64,000 bases of DNA from Rhodosorus marinus CCMP1338 (Eukaryota > Plantae > Rhodophyta): the NCBI GenBank assembly GCA_029953675.1, contig JAMWBK010000010.1, positions 806,001 through 870,000 on the forward strand, written 5' to 3'. This document shows, piece by piece, positions 24,415 through 37,880 of this stretch (the first letter of the stretch is position 1; each line of letters opens with the position of its first letter). The notes beneath the pieces were generated by a model, which did not search any database, had not been told where the DNA came from, and was given only the letters and a program-made list of their open reading frames with translations. Position numbers and translations under genes: made by a program.

Positions 24415-26062
24415 ATTTTGTGCTTTGTGACGCGTGGCAAAGATATCAATGGTGCAGGAGGACAGAGGACTCAGGAAATCCCTACCACAATCTACTGCTC
24501 GGGTTCCCTATTTGAACGTTGACGGTGTGTTCAGATGTACTACGAGATCACTGTCTCCTTGCATCACGAATCTCTCTTGTAAAGAAGCAAAAAATCTGCG
24601 AAAACAGTTGTTTGATCTCTCACAGACTTGACGTGTTGTTTTCGGCTTCTAAGACCGAAATATTATCAGATGGCTACGAGGAGCCATGGACAGTTTCAAA
24701 CCGGAATCATCGGGAGGTGGAAGAATTCAAGAGCTTTCACGAAGATTCTCCAAAGCAGCAGCTGATCAAGCCACGGTGGTCCCAAACTAACAATTTCCCA
24801 AACTAGAAGTTAACTTTCACTGACGGATTTAAGGCCTACGGTTGAGCTGAGCGTCCAGATTCAAACCAGAATCGTTCCGGGGATACAGAGAAACAGAGAC
24901 CTTGGGGCCCAAGGTCATGTGAGTGGAGCGCAAACCATTGGATATTCCCGCCCCACGGCCTGAAGAAGAACAAGCAAGTCGGGTGAGGATCCTCGGAAGT
25001 CGAAGGGACAGCTGCGCTATCTTAACAGACTTCAGCGTACCGTTGCAGAGGACTCCAGGAGGCTCCTCACCAACGACAATGCTCATCCGAGCTCACCGTA
25101 TGTAATGTAATGAATACCACAATCGCACCGTGCGCGCACCCTAAGGTGCGAAGGGTTTGGTGTATTGAGCAATCAGACCTGTTGGATTCCTGCAATCAAG
25201 GCTCAGCATTCCAGAGGACGGTGGGAGAGCCTTGTGATCCTAGTAGGCTCCCTTGCTCCAAAGGTCTCATGCTGTGCGGACTGGCACTTTGCGCAGCAAG
25301 CCTTCCAGCCAGAATTGTCAACCTTGCGAAAGGGGTGGAAAAAGAAGCTTCCCGGCGGGCAGTGCAAAATATATTTCAATAACTTTCAACCTTTTTTTTT
25401 AATACGATTGACGATTCAACTCCACCTCGGGGGTAAAACAAGGAACCCTGTCAGCACACCCATTTTTGAAAGCTCATGCGCTGCCGAAATTAAATTCAAA
25501 AAACACAGTTTCACTTTGATTGTGGTTGCAATCACCGTTGACCGTGAAAAGTCGCATAAGCGTCTTCGAGATATCGCGGATACTCCAAAATTATACCCCA
25601 AAGTTAAAATCTAAGAAATTTAAATTGAATTTGTTTTGTTTTATTCCCATAAGTTCTAGACTTGGTATACCATTGTTCTTGTTTTGTGCTCATTTTCTTA
25701 TTTTTGTTTTTTTCGCCCGGTGGGGACCGCTGTTGGCTATTGACATTATTGCGGGCGGTGAATGTGACAGACCAGATGGTGCTAACACAAAATATCAGGA
25801 GCTGTGCTGTGCACAATCTTGGGCATGCTTTTCAAGAATTCTGGAAGGTTGAACAGTTCAGCTGGAAACGAATAGTTAAATGTGGGAACCTACAATTCTA
25901 CTCGCCGTGCGTGCTGGACGACGTAAGAGATGGAGGTGGAAATTGTTAAGCAGCAAGGGTATAAGAGGATCCAGAGTGTCGAGCGAGGGAGTCCGGGACT
26001 GAGCGAAGCGAGTGTATAGTGTTGAATCAGCCGACTTTGGTGTCTACGGGAATTCTTACAAG

Positions 26063-26599
26063 ATGGTTCATTTAGTTGTCGAGAGAGTCTTGGAGGTGAG
26101 CGTTGAGGATGCTTGGTCTCAGTTGGTGGATCTAGCAGGGGGACACCGCATCAGTTCCTCGCTGAGTGCCTCGACACAGCTGTCAGCAACGTCAGAGGAT
26201 ACTGGTTGTGAGCAGGAGTGCATCTTCCACTACGGGGCAAGGGCGACGAAGAGAATCAGCGAGTTCGATTCTGAGAAACGGGCAATGAAAGTCGAGCTTG
26301 TTCAGACGAGCTTGCCTGTGAAGAAAGCAGAGATCGAGTTCGCGGTAAAGAAAGTCGACGATGAACGATGCAAGGTTGTTGGAGACGCCAGCTATGTGTT
26401 GGATTACGGGCCTTTCGGCTCATTGCTTGGTTTGCTGGCAAAGCCAAAGGTGAATCGCACTCTGAACAACCTGTTCGATGGAGTGGAGTGTCGCGTAGAT
26501 ACTGGAAATGACGTTCCTCAAAATTGGAACGGAAGGCGAACATCTGTACTGGGCTCTCTTTCGCCAGAGTACATTCACAACGAAGCTTTTGACGTTTAG
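26063..26599 (+). CDS. SRPBCC / polyketide cyclase-like family protein, intronless
   Basis: VSVEDAWSQLVDL...YGPFGSLLGLL...LFDGVECRVDTG matches the bacterial SRPBCC pattern (W..L.D ... G.LG.LL ... L.GLK.HVETG). Confidence 0.75.
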   Translation: MVHLVVERVLEVSVEDAWSQLVDLAGGHRISSSLSASTQLSATSEDTGCEQECIFHYGARATKRISEFDSEKRAMKVELVQTSLPVKKAEIEFAVKKVDDERCKVVGDASYVLDYGPFGSLLGLLAKPKVNRTLNNLFDGVECRVDTGNDVPQNWNGRRTSVLGSLSPEYIHNEAFDV

Positions 26600-29105
26600 A
26601 GTATTCCACTTATCTGTTAAGATGTATATAGGTAGGGTAATTTAAATAGGTGAACACTTTTTCCTCAACAGTCGTTTTCGCTGGGTGACTACGTGACTAT
26701 ATCCAAACGCTAGCACAGATCTTCACACCGCTTAACGGCCTGGAGCCGCCAGCACGATATACGAATCGCCTGTCAGTACGTGACAGCGTGTTCTGAATGG
26801 TTCTCATCACTCGTCCTTCTGGTGGGTTTCGTTAATAAGCATGTTTTTTGTCTGAGCGGATACTTTTTGGCCGCACACATGTGAAATGTCTATTTTTCCC
26901 TGGACTTCTCAATCGCTGCCGTGATCTTGTCCATGGCAAGCATTGAGTCCGCCGCGGAAAGCTTGGAGCAGAGTGCACAATGAGCAAGCAACATCAGTAA
27001 ACAGGCAATCGCATGTCAAGAGCATGCGCAAATGGACTAAATCGTATACCTTAATGCGATTCCTCATGTCTTCCTCGCAGCCAGAGAGCGAGGCACTGTC
27101 AAGCGCTCCATATCTGCTTTGGAAGCAAGAAACGGATAAGCGATTTGCGGACATTTGCATATTCTAACCTGAAGCGAGTACAAATATTTGGCGGGCTTCT
27201 CTTACTTGCTCAAAGCAGTCTCAAGGTCTTGAAGAGCAAACTGTTGGTAGCGTAGTACGAGGTCGCTTCTATGAGCGCGTTCCGTGGGGTCCATTTCTAG
27301 ATATGCCTGTACCACGTTCAAATCAGTAGCCATGGTACTACTTCCGACGATTAGAGGGATCATAGACTTACCGTCGTTGCAGATTCTTCTATGCGACTCA
27401 CACCTTCTAAGGCATTCGTCTATGAAATAATAAGAAACGTTCGTTAAGCCAGCTGTGCGTTTCTAGAACCAGACGTGATCAGCTTTCTTCATACCAGTGC
27501 AGTCCAGACTCGGCTGACCTCATTGTCTTTCCGAACAGAAAAAGAGCGTCGACCGCTACTTAGTACATTAAAATGCCTCCAAGTCCACGACATCCGTTTC
27601 AAACCGCCGACCAGAATTCCAGCACCGAGCGAGGTCCTGTGCAATAGAAAATCCTGTGGTCGCCGTACTAAGTCTTCCATACGGGAACGGAACGGACAAA
27701 AATTTACCGCTGCTTGGCACAGGGAGGCTTGGGCAGCACTAATACAATGGCTTTGGGAATTCTAGGCAGACAAAAGCGCATCTTAAAGTTATGCTAAGCA
27801 AGAGTAGCTCTGTCAGCGCTTCTCAAACCTGAGGAACTCTGCACGAGCTCCGGCTGGTGGTCGGGAGTTTAAAACCATGTACCGCTCTTCGGTTTTCACG
27901 GGAAGATAGGCCCTTGCTCAGGTCCAAGAGTCGTGTGAACCAGAATGAAACCTAAACCGAACTATTTATTTCACTCTTGTGGACCACCACCAGACTCCGT
28001 CCATCTAGGTCCCACCTCCGGCTATCCGCGCGCTCGCGGAAGATTAGTACAGATCCTAATACAGAAGCGTTTACTACCAACGAATTTTAGGACATGTGTC
28101 TGTAATTGATTGGATTCCAAACTTCATCCTAAAGAAATTTAGGACAACTCCAAAAACTCAAAAAACGCAGTGTACAAAAACAATCTATTTTCAATCTTTC
28201 GTGCGCCAAGGTGTAAGTTGTTGGATTGGTTCGATATTTTTTTTTTTTGCTTCCCCCCTTACCCGATTCTATTTCAATTTTGTTATATTCAAAAAAAATA
28301 TAAAGGAGCATATTTAGATTAGTTCCTAACCCCTTCCAAAACTGACAATTTCGCCAGCCTTCCAGTTCAGTTTAACGGAAAAAAAATTCTCCGACCACGG
28401 CACCCCCTCTTCAACTTTCTGAAACATAGCTTGCAAAATAATTTTTTTAATTCATTGTTTGCAACGAATGTTGTATCGACTACCACCCCCCCCCCTCGTC
28501 TATAGTGATTTGAATCCAAAGCCAGTGAGGAGAAATCTTCTGTTATATTTTGCGCTGAGGGAGGCTGGTCGCGGGGAGAATAGGCTTATCGCTGCGATAG
28601 AGATGGTCGGTTAGTGCTCGGGCACCCGGGGCTGTTGAGTGGTGGGAGGATAGACGGAGGTATCATGAGCTTCTAATGAAGCTACTGTGAGCGAAGGAAG
28701 ATCCCGCTTTTCGTTTTGGTCGGGTTCTAACCTCTTTTGGCTTGTAGCCTATATCTGTGCGGATTGAGAGAGTGTATCAGCCGGCGAGTGAAGGGGGGCG
28801 GGGGTCGGGGGTTGGCCTATTGACTGAGGTGGAGTGTAGACTTGCTGTGGCGCCGAAAAGCGTTTTTTTTTCCTGCAGCAGTTTGCTGATGCGGGAGTTT
28901 TGCTTGGGTGTGAAGTTTGGTCCAATTCGTCGTGATGGTTGAAAGCGTGTGGTGGGGTTGGGATCTGCCCCACGAAATGGTTTCGGACAATGCAGATGAA
29001 CTGAGCATGGAATCCTCCTTGATCTAGAGTTCTTTTGCGTCGTATCCTTGTTTTTTTGTTTTTGTTTTAATTTTAGAAAGGAGCGGGAGAGCGTGGGGCT
29101 GAGTT

Positions 29106-30782
29106 ATGACGAGTCCGGGTGTGGATCTTGCACGTCGCCGATGGGCGGTATACGTACCGGCGACGTTGCTGATAATGCTACCTTCTGGAGTGCCCTTTTC
29201 ACTGGGAATACTGGCTAGCGGACTGTCCGATCACGATCCGTTAATGGTACCTGCATTTGTTTCCGGTCTGGGTGTCAGATCGTTTGTTTCCGCGGTATTC
29301 GTTCTCCTCGGGAGCCTTCTGCTCGATACTAGACCTGAATCAATCCAGGTGCTAGGAATCATCGGATTGGCCTTATGTGCACTACACGTAAGTCGAGGCT
29401 ACTGAACTCATGTCCGGTCAGAAACCCCTCACCGCCACCAAATCTTTGTACTTCCAGGTGCTCGTCGGATATGGTATACAGCATGGTGTCCCGTATATGA
29501 TCTACTTGGGCAACAGTTTGTTTGGAATCAGCAACGGCTTGTTCTATATCATCGGGTAAGAACTGAGCTCCGGTCACCCTCGCACAAGGGTTGGCTAGTT
29601 CTGATTCAGCGCTTTGTCAACTTTTAGAGTGATCCATGCCGCAGCGTGGATCCCGGAACTGCCCAGTCTTGCTATGGGTTTATGTTTCGGTGCTCTCGGT
29701 GCTGGTGCAATAGTTGGAGCAATCGTGCTTGACCTCCTTGTTCGGATGTGGGGCGTCGTGCAAGCAACATATGCAATATCTGTTACTCTTTTGATCCTTT
29801 TCGGGGTTGGAACAGTGGGCTTGAGAATGCCACCATTTAGCTGGGATCCGAGATCAGACTCGGAAGCCCTAGTGGAAAGAAACTTGGCCTACTCAGGAAC
29901 AAGGCTCGGAAACAGGATCTTCTTGCATCATCAAGTGTATCTAATGATGATTATTGTTGCCGGTAAGCTAGTGGGTAGCGACCCTGGAGGGACTGATACT
30001 GTACTTGTATACCAGAACCCCCAACACCGTCTGATCTGAATTGTTCTCATCCACGAATTAACAGCTGGAACTGGGCCTGCGTTTGGATTTTACACTGCCT
30101 TCTCGAACGTTGCGCGAGGTGTAATCGGTATGTCGGCAGAAACTGCGAACCTCTGGTTTGTAGCGATGAACTTTGTGGTCTTGATCGGACGGTTTGGAGG
30201 CGGGTACCTGGTGAACTTTTGTGGCTTTGGGAGAGGCTTTTTTTGGTCGGGTGCCAAGAACCTGACGATCCTCCTGATGGCAGCGCAGACCCTGGCATCA
30301 ATCTTGGTCGTCCGTGCTGAGGAGGAAGCCAGTGCTTCGTTGTTTCTGGTTGCAGTGGGCATTTACTTTCTAACTTTCGCGTCCGAGTCGACGCTTGCGG
30401 CAGTTCTTGCGAGACATGTGTTTTCCGCCGTAAACGGAGGGTGAGCAGATTAGCAATTTTTTGGGCTTTTCTGTATTGTTGCCTAACGTGCTCACCGTTG
30501 TTTTTTTCCCCGGTTTTTCCATGATGCAGGATTGTGTTTGGCTTTTCCATGGTGTCCTCGGGACTCGCAACGATGGCCTTCTCGTTGCTTATGGCTAGTG
30601 GTCTGCAGCAAGCTGCAACGAGCGGAAGCTTTGGGGTCGAAATGTTCAAATCGTACAACGATGCGTGCACTGTAGTATCGATCATTGGCTTAATTGCTTC
30701 CTTGCTTATCACGAGTTGCAAAGCCGCCACCGAAGACTTCAGGCTCCGGAAGGACCCCGACCAGCGATATGGTTCTGTATGA
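29106..30782 (+). CDS. Major facilitator superfamily transporter (OFA/monocarboxylate-like), multi-exon
   Basis: A series of hydrophobic helices across exons; IGRFGGGYLVNFCG is an MFS motif-A-like loop. Confidence 0.8.
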
Positions 30783-31758
30783 CGAATTCGAATGTGCGGG
30801 GATCGATGCGAGGACATTGGGTACAGCGAATTTTCTACTCCATAGCGAAGGCTAATAACTTCGCAGACAACACGCCGGTCAAAGTATACTAATAAGAGTA
30901 GGAACTGAGGTCCAACCCCAAGCCGACATACGTGCCGGAACGAAAGGGCCCTCAACTGAAACAAATAGAACGTGAACATGCTAAATTATATATTGTTAAT
31001 CAAAATCTTACATATTATGTAAAAGAACTACTCTACATCAGTCTATTTCGTCTCTATATTTTGATTCTTCATTCTTAATCTGAGTAGCAAGACGCAAGCT
31101 AGAGACCAGGGATTGCCAAATGGGAAAAATCTGGAGCTGTAAATTTTTTCATGAAGTTACAGAAAAAGCACATATCTACAGTTTTGTGATGAAAAATGTC
31201 CTTAATATGGATCCAAGCTGCTTAGATAAAAGAGAGAATACGCAAAGCTGATCCTGGACATCCTGGTTGTTTTGTTTATTTTATACCCCTGGAAAATTTC
31301 TCCAACCATGTCCGACAATAGGCTCCAAATATTATTTGAATATGTAATCGCCATATTTAACGTGCTCCCATGGGATGGGTGGATTTTGACTTTCATAAAC
31401 GAGAGGAAGTAGATGCTTTTTTTTTGTTTTTGTTTATATTTTTGACGTCGATGGGAAACGCGGTGAACCAAAAAAAATTGAGGGCGTTTCTGATGAGGAA
31501 GGTTGGAAGTTAGGAATCGACTTGGATTGTGGAGAGCTTGAGGCCTTTTGGGTGTTTGTGTGTTTGCTTGGTGAGATTTTGGGGATCTTGAGGTAGTTAA
31601 GGAGAAGTTCAGTTAAGGATAAGAGGTATTGGGTGAACTAGTTGTTGGCGTGAGAACTTATTCCGCTTCGGTTGTTGTCTTTAGGGTAGATCTGGTCTCG
31701 ATGTTGTGTTGACGCCGTTTGAAACAGTGACTCTTTTTTCCGGGGAGGAAGGAGAGGA

Positions 31759-31785
31759 GGGGGGTTTGGGTGGGTGGGTGGGGGG
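31759..31785 (+). promoter_or_regulatory. G-quadruplex-forming motif in the nucleoporin gene leader
   Basis: GGGGGG-TTT-GGG-T-GGG-T-GGG-T-GGGGGG, ~70 nt upstream of the ATG. Confidence 0.5.
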
Positions 31786-31852
31786 ATGAGGTTTGGATGA
31801 GCGGAAATTGATTTAACGTGGGGGACCTTTTGGGGTCTGGAGGAGGTGTCCA

Positions 31853-34800
31853 ATGAGCGCGGCGTCTGGGGAACCAGCAGCGGCGCCTCCTTCGAGTCCG
31901 TTGGCGAATGAAGAGCTTGAAGAGGAAGGGGTCAGAGCTGACAGCGAAGTTTTCGCTGATGAAAAAGTTGGCCAGATGGAGGATACCGCAGGCGAAAACG
32001 GTTCTATGCACAGAGAAGAAGACGATCTGGACGAAGACCCCTTCACTGATCCACCACACGGAATCTTCGCAAGAACGTTCAAGAAAATTATCACTGGCGT
32101 TCTGAGATCAGTTCCGTCAACTCCTGCGAAGGGAGGCGATGACAGCACTGAGGAAGCTGGAGAAACTCCAGAGGAAAGGGAGGAGCGTGATGATAATGCG
32201 GATGCTCCCCAGGAGGTTGCGGAGGTGAAGAGAACAAGCGGTCCTACCGAAGGTGAGATAAAACAGGGACGGTATTTGGTGAGTCTGAGAATTGACTGAA
32301 CCTCTTGTTGGATCTTTTTGTTTGAACTAGAACCTGTGAAAGTTGAGGAAAGGAAGAATCTGGACCTTCTTCCGATGGTTTTGAGAACTCGAAGCAGGGA
32401 TCGGGATCCGGTCAGCTCAAAGGAGTTGCGAAGTGTTAAAGAAACAACGCCAGCTGCTCATCAGAGGACTGGCATGAGCGTCACTCACTCACAGGACTCA
32501 AGACCGGGGTCAGGTGAGATTATCTCCTTCTAGCAGCTCCCAGCTTTCAATGGATATTTTTAGGGACTCACGTGTTGCCTATCACATTCGCTATCCGTAG
32601 TGAGAACCGAAAATATTAACCTGGAGGACCTTGACTCGATTGAGGTGCATAGACTAACCTATAAGCAACTGCAGCACGTCTGCAAGCATCACAAACTGCT
32701 TGCAAACGGAAAGAAGGTAGTTTTGCGACAACGTCTGAGAAATTATATTAACAAGCAGCGTAAGGTCGACCATATGTCGACGCGGAACACGGAACAGGAA
32801 ATGCGTGAAATTTATCCGAAAGTAGCAGTTGATCAGGCATTTGATGGGCGATATGAGGAAGATGGCATGAGTCGTGTTGACACTTCTGGCCCCGCAAAAA
32901 TGCCGCTGCCGATGACAACCAGGAAGCGGACGAGAGAGATTGGATCGATTGAACCAATAGTTACCGGAGAAAACTCGATCCAGAAAAGCCAAGGTACGGG
33001 ATGCACTTAGGGCAGAGCGGTTTTTTTCAGAGGGCTGAAACGCTGAAAAATCCGCCGCGGCGCCGCTCTTGTCGACTGTAGATGGAACAGTTAGAGAGGA
33101 TAACAAGGATCCTCAAGGAGACCTAATTGGCTCGGGTTTGAACTACGTGGTAGAAATCTCCAGCGCTGTCAAGCGGCAGCGAAAATCCATCACTGCCTCA
33201 GAGTTTGAGGTTTTTACACGAGTGCTACTGGATGGGGTTCAATCAGAAGATCGGGACCAAGCAGTGGACACACTGAACAAGCTTTACCAGAAAGCATCGC
33301 CAACACCTAGAAAGCAGAAAATGAGTGTGGACGACGTGCATTCTGTGACGAAAGAGCATGGTAGGGGAATTCGGTCTCTACCGAAAATCACGGATTCCAA
33401 CGAAAACCTGTATAACTTCAAAACTTAATGGGCCAACGTGATCGCTTTTGGAATACCCATCGTCCGCAGGAGAAGCGCCTCTGGAACATGCCACCCAAAT
33501 GGATACCCAGATGCTGGTTGGAGAAGGGCAGAGCTCCTTGCCCCCGTTGTCCGCAGAGAGATTGCAGGGACTCCCCAAAACCCGCCAACCTAGAAGCCGG
33601 CACCTAGGACAAACGGTCACACAACAACGGGCAGCACCGAAACAGAAGCCGGGGGTCGAGTCCCGAGAGGAGATCGATGCTGTGTCCCCCGTCGAATTTG
33701 AATTTCGGACACCAACCAATCAACGTCAGAATGTGCCCTCTTCAATAGTACCAATTGCCTCCGAAGCGAAAGGTTCTCCCGGCCCAAGCCCTAGGATTCG
33801 GAAGTCGTCTGAAATGGCTGAGCCAGAGGTTAAGGTTCGTGTCTAAAAGAAACGGGAATGACGTGTATTGTGCTAACAGCCTTACTTGCTTGCAGGCGAT
33901 ACCGGTGAAATCGACAGAGGATGGTTACCCTGAAGGTCACGCTGAGAAGACGCCTTTACCAAACCCGAGACGAACGCCTCGAAAAACTGCAGGGAACATC
34001 GTGGAAGAGTTCCTGCAAAGTTCGTCGACTTTCATTCCGAAGTCCGCTGATAGAGCTGGTGAGGTGGTGCACATAACAGGAAACAAAAACAAAGTTCAGC
34101 TTCTGATGGGAAACTTGCTGCTACTCTTCACAGGAGCTAATGGCTTCATGGACGGTGGTTTCACTTTTGAGAAGGGAACTTCTGCGAGCGCACCTAGGAG
34201 ATCACGAAGGAGACCACCATCCCGAGTCTCATTAGGACAGTGGCGTAGGAAGACCGAAATAAGAGAACCGGAGAACGTTCAATACAGTGACCTGCGCGGA
34301 TCCTATACGAGTCCTGCGTCAAAGGAAGGTAAACAATTTTAAACCTCACGTCCTGTGAGTCCTTTTTTTTGTTCTTATGGGAAATACGTCTTGCCGTTGT
34401 GGTGATGTCTCCAGTTGTTTTCAGCGCTTCGTCGAAGCGAATCATGGAAAGCTTGGAGAAGCTGTCAACCCCACAGGTTGGAAGCAAGCGCTCCAGAACT
34501 GCTAATTTTGGAGAGGGTTCAGGTCCGTATACTGAACCAAAGATGCAAACGAGGAGGGAGCTGAACAACAAACCCCTTCAACCCGGAGCTCTATTTATCA
34601 ACTCGCCCGTCGAGGAGGTAAGGAACTTATTCGCAGATGGGCCAATACACGAGGGCATGAAATTTAAAAGAAATCTATAATGGTCTTTCAGGATAAGAGA
34701 GAGCAAGTCGCGGAGGAGAGTACGGATGTACACGAAGCAGAGCCTGAGAGCCGGTTGCAGCGTATACGACGCCAGGCAAAGACGAGGATAGCTGAGAACA

Positions 34801-37800
34801 AGGCCACCGCAGTAAATGCGAAGCCAATATACGTACCGGAGCCGGACGAACAGGACGAAGCGCGGGACAAGTTGGCTGAGGCCCTGAAGCAGAAATCAGA
34901 GCAGCCCGCTGCAAATGTAGTAGGACATAGAAGCGCAGCAACAAATTGTTCAGTTATCCCACGCCAATGGAATCTGACTAGTGCGAACTTTACCAACTCC
35001 GAATAGGTCGGTTTGGAGCCTACGAAGAAGAGGCGGTTCGTGAGCAGCGCAGGGGATTCACCAAGTACATTCAAACCCCCAGTTGGTGTGGCGCCACCAG
35101 TGACGAGAGCTAAGGCAGCGTTGCTTGCCAAGGCGGGAACGACGGCACCAGACGCATCGATAGGCACCTCAGGGGCTCGTGCAAAAACTGTTGGGTTCGA
35201 TCCCGTCGTCGTATCAGCCAAGCCTGATTTCAAGTTCGCCGTTCCGTCCGAGCCAAAGAAGACGAATTTCGGAACCGGGTTCGGATTCTCCGCGGTAGAC
35301 GCAAAAAAAGCAGTTCCGGCCACGACGGAATCAGGCGAGAAGGACGAAGAGGTGGACATATTCAACCAACCGAAGAACGAAGAGGAGGAGAAGCAAACGG
35401 CGGAGGCGGATAAAACTGAGGGCGAACAGGACGAACAAAGCGAAAAGGTTTGCACACACCTTGAAAATCGTGTAGTCAGGAGTTCGAAGGATTCTTACTA
35501 ACCGGATATGATATTCCTACCCCAGTCGGACGAAGGTACACCTCCTCCGATAGTCCTTGGTGGAGTCGCGCCGCTACCGGAACCAAACTTCACCACCACT
35601 CCTCTTGCAACATTCAGCGGTTTTGAAACGAGCCAGCCTACTGGTGGATCTTCTGCTCTTCTGCCCACGGGCACTGAGTTTATCTTTGGAGGAGCCCAGG
35701 AATCTGCGAAAGAGGAAGCTGATCAGAAAAAAGAGGGACAGAATGGTGTTGAGGCTGACGAGGACCAAACCCAGAAAACCGCAGTTGCGAAGGACCTTGA
35801 AGATGTGAAGAAGGAAGCTCCTGTGCAGATCCCGTCCAGTGGCTTCGTATTTACACCCCCCAAAGCAGAGCCGGAGAAACCCTCGAAGCCACTTAGTACC
35901 GGAACCACCTGGAGCCAGCCTTCAACGTTTGCTCTCAGTTCTAGCTCGGGGGAAGCAAAGAGTTTCTCGTTCACCGCTGCTTCGTCTTCAGGCGATGCAA
36001 AGGATGCTTTGCTTCAAGGAACATTGAACTCTGGAACCATGAAGCCGTTGAGTGAAGCGGAGACGAAGACTTCTTCTGGGGCCATGCCACCAAGTTTTTC
36101 GATACCAGTTGCCAGTGCAGCCCCACCAGACGGTAAAGACAATGCTATTGGCGAACTACATCGAAAGACAGATGCGGCTGAAAAATCTTCGGGAAGTGAT
36201 GCGTTCGGAGCTTCTGGCACTGCGGGAAGTGCAGGTGTTGCTTTCGGGTTAGGAAAGGGGTTGAAGAGTCCTGAGTCTACCCTGACAACGGCTCCCTCGT
36301 TGATATCAAGCGCCTTTATGACGTCCGGAACTGACTCAGAAGCTGCTTCTACACCGAACGCTGGATTCTCTGCGTCATTGGGGCGTAGTGCTTTGGAGTC
36401 AGCGGCACCTTTGTTCTCAACAGCTACACAAGCGAGCGCACCAGTAACAACATTGCCGTCTAGTTCTGCGGCGAATGCGTCAGCTGCAGCTCTAGCTGCA
36501 TCGTCTGCATCGCAATCAACTGAGGCTGATGCCAAAGCTGCGTTTTCCACACCCGATTCGTTTCCGAAGCCTTCGTTTACCGCTAGTACCATGACGACGG
36601 CAGCGACGTCTGGGTTCGGAGTCGCGACAGGGTCATCTTTTCGGAGCCCATTCTCTTCTACTGCAGAAGTAGCGGGAGCGTCAACCGGGTTCACTTTTGG
36701 ATCGGTAGGTACGTTTGGGTCGAAGCCTGAAGCTGCGAAGGAGAACGAGACAGCTGATGCGGTCGGTGCAGGGGTTTCAGCTCCAGCCATTGGGTCAGGA
36801 GTCGCCTTTGGTGGCTTAGCAGCCGCCAGCGGGGCGTCAGCGGCTAGTGCCCTTGCATCGATTTCGACAGGGTCAACGAGCGCAACTCCGGCCTTCTCGT
36901 CAGTTCTTGGTAATGCACTAAGCAGTGGCACAGGCTCGATAGCAGCGGCGACATCTGAGAAACCTGCTTTTGGATCTGGAGTTGGCACTGCGTTCATGTC
37001 CTTCACCACTGCATCCACAACCGTGGACGGGGGCTCGAACAATTTGGGCATGGGCACACCGGCAGGAGGGAATCAATCGGCAGCAGCGAAAGACGCAACT
37101 CCGTCGATGGCATTCCCCGCGTTCGGAGCTGCATCTTCTGCGGCACCATCGTTTTCAACGAATTTTGGTTCTACCATTGGCTCGGCGCCTGCGTTTGGGA
37201 CGAGCAACTTCTCATTTCAGCCTGCGTCAGAATCCTTCGGCCAGGGTCAATCATCATCCGCTTTTCAGGCTCCGACGTTTGGTAGTGCGCCGTCGACAGC
37301 GGCCAGCAGCGCACCGGGAGGTTTTGGTAGCAGTAGCGTCTTCAATGCGAACATGCCTCCACCAACGAGTGTTTTTACAGCCAGCGCCTCGACAGGCATG
37401 TCCGGGTTTTCTAGTAGTAGTGGTGCTATGAGCGGAAATGCCTCAAGCACTGCCCCTGCGTTTGGTGCATCTACTGTTGCGTTTGGAGCGGGCGCTGGGA
37501 CTGCTCCTGCCTTCACGGCGAATGCACCTGCGGGCGGCTTCTCGTTTAGCGGATCAACCTCGAGCCAACCTGCTTTTTCCGGATTTGGTCAAGGACATCA
37601 AGCACCCCAGAGCGGTAGTGCTCCAATGGGATTCGAAAGTGGACAGAATAATTCGTTCTCATTTGGAGGGTCAAGCGGAGGAGGTATACCATGTTGCTCT
37701 TCTACAGAAACAAGATACTCTACTACCCTAGCGATGAGCTAACGGTTTTCTTCCTTGTGTGTTTTGCGTTTCTATTTTCATATCGAATTAGATGGATCAG

Positions 37801-37880
37801 GTGAAGGTGGTTTCTCAGTAGGAGCGAACGCGGCCAGAGGGAGGAAGATATTTAGAGCTAACAGAAGACGACGTGGATGA
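31853..37880 (+). CDS. Nup153/Nup1-like FG nucleoporin with N-terminal SAP domain, multi-exon
   Basis: SASSKRIMESLEKLSTP (~34424) matches the Nup153 STARRILQSLEKMSSP motif. FxF/FG repeats fill the large exon 35526-37684. The last exon ends in the basic tail RGRKIFRANRRRRG*. SAP-like LTYKQLQHVCKHHKLLANGKKVVLRQRL lies at ~32650-32740. Junctions checked through 34414 stay in frame. Confidence 0.85.

Noticed and set aside
30047-30979. 310-aa minus-strand ORF
   Set aside because: Antisense shadow of the MFS transporter exons; no recognisable motifs.
36014-37057. 347-aa minus-strand ORF (also 34688-35455)
   Set aside because: Antisense shadow of the Ala/Ser/Gly-rich nucleoporin exons, where few antisense stops are expected.
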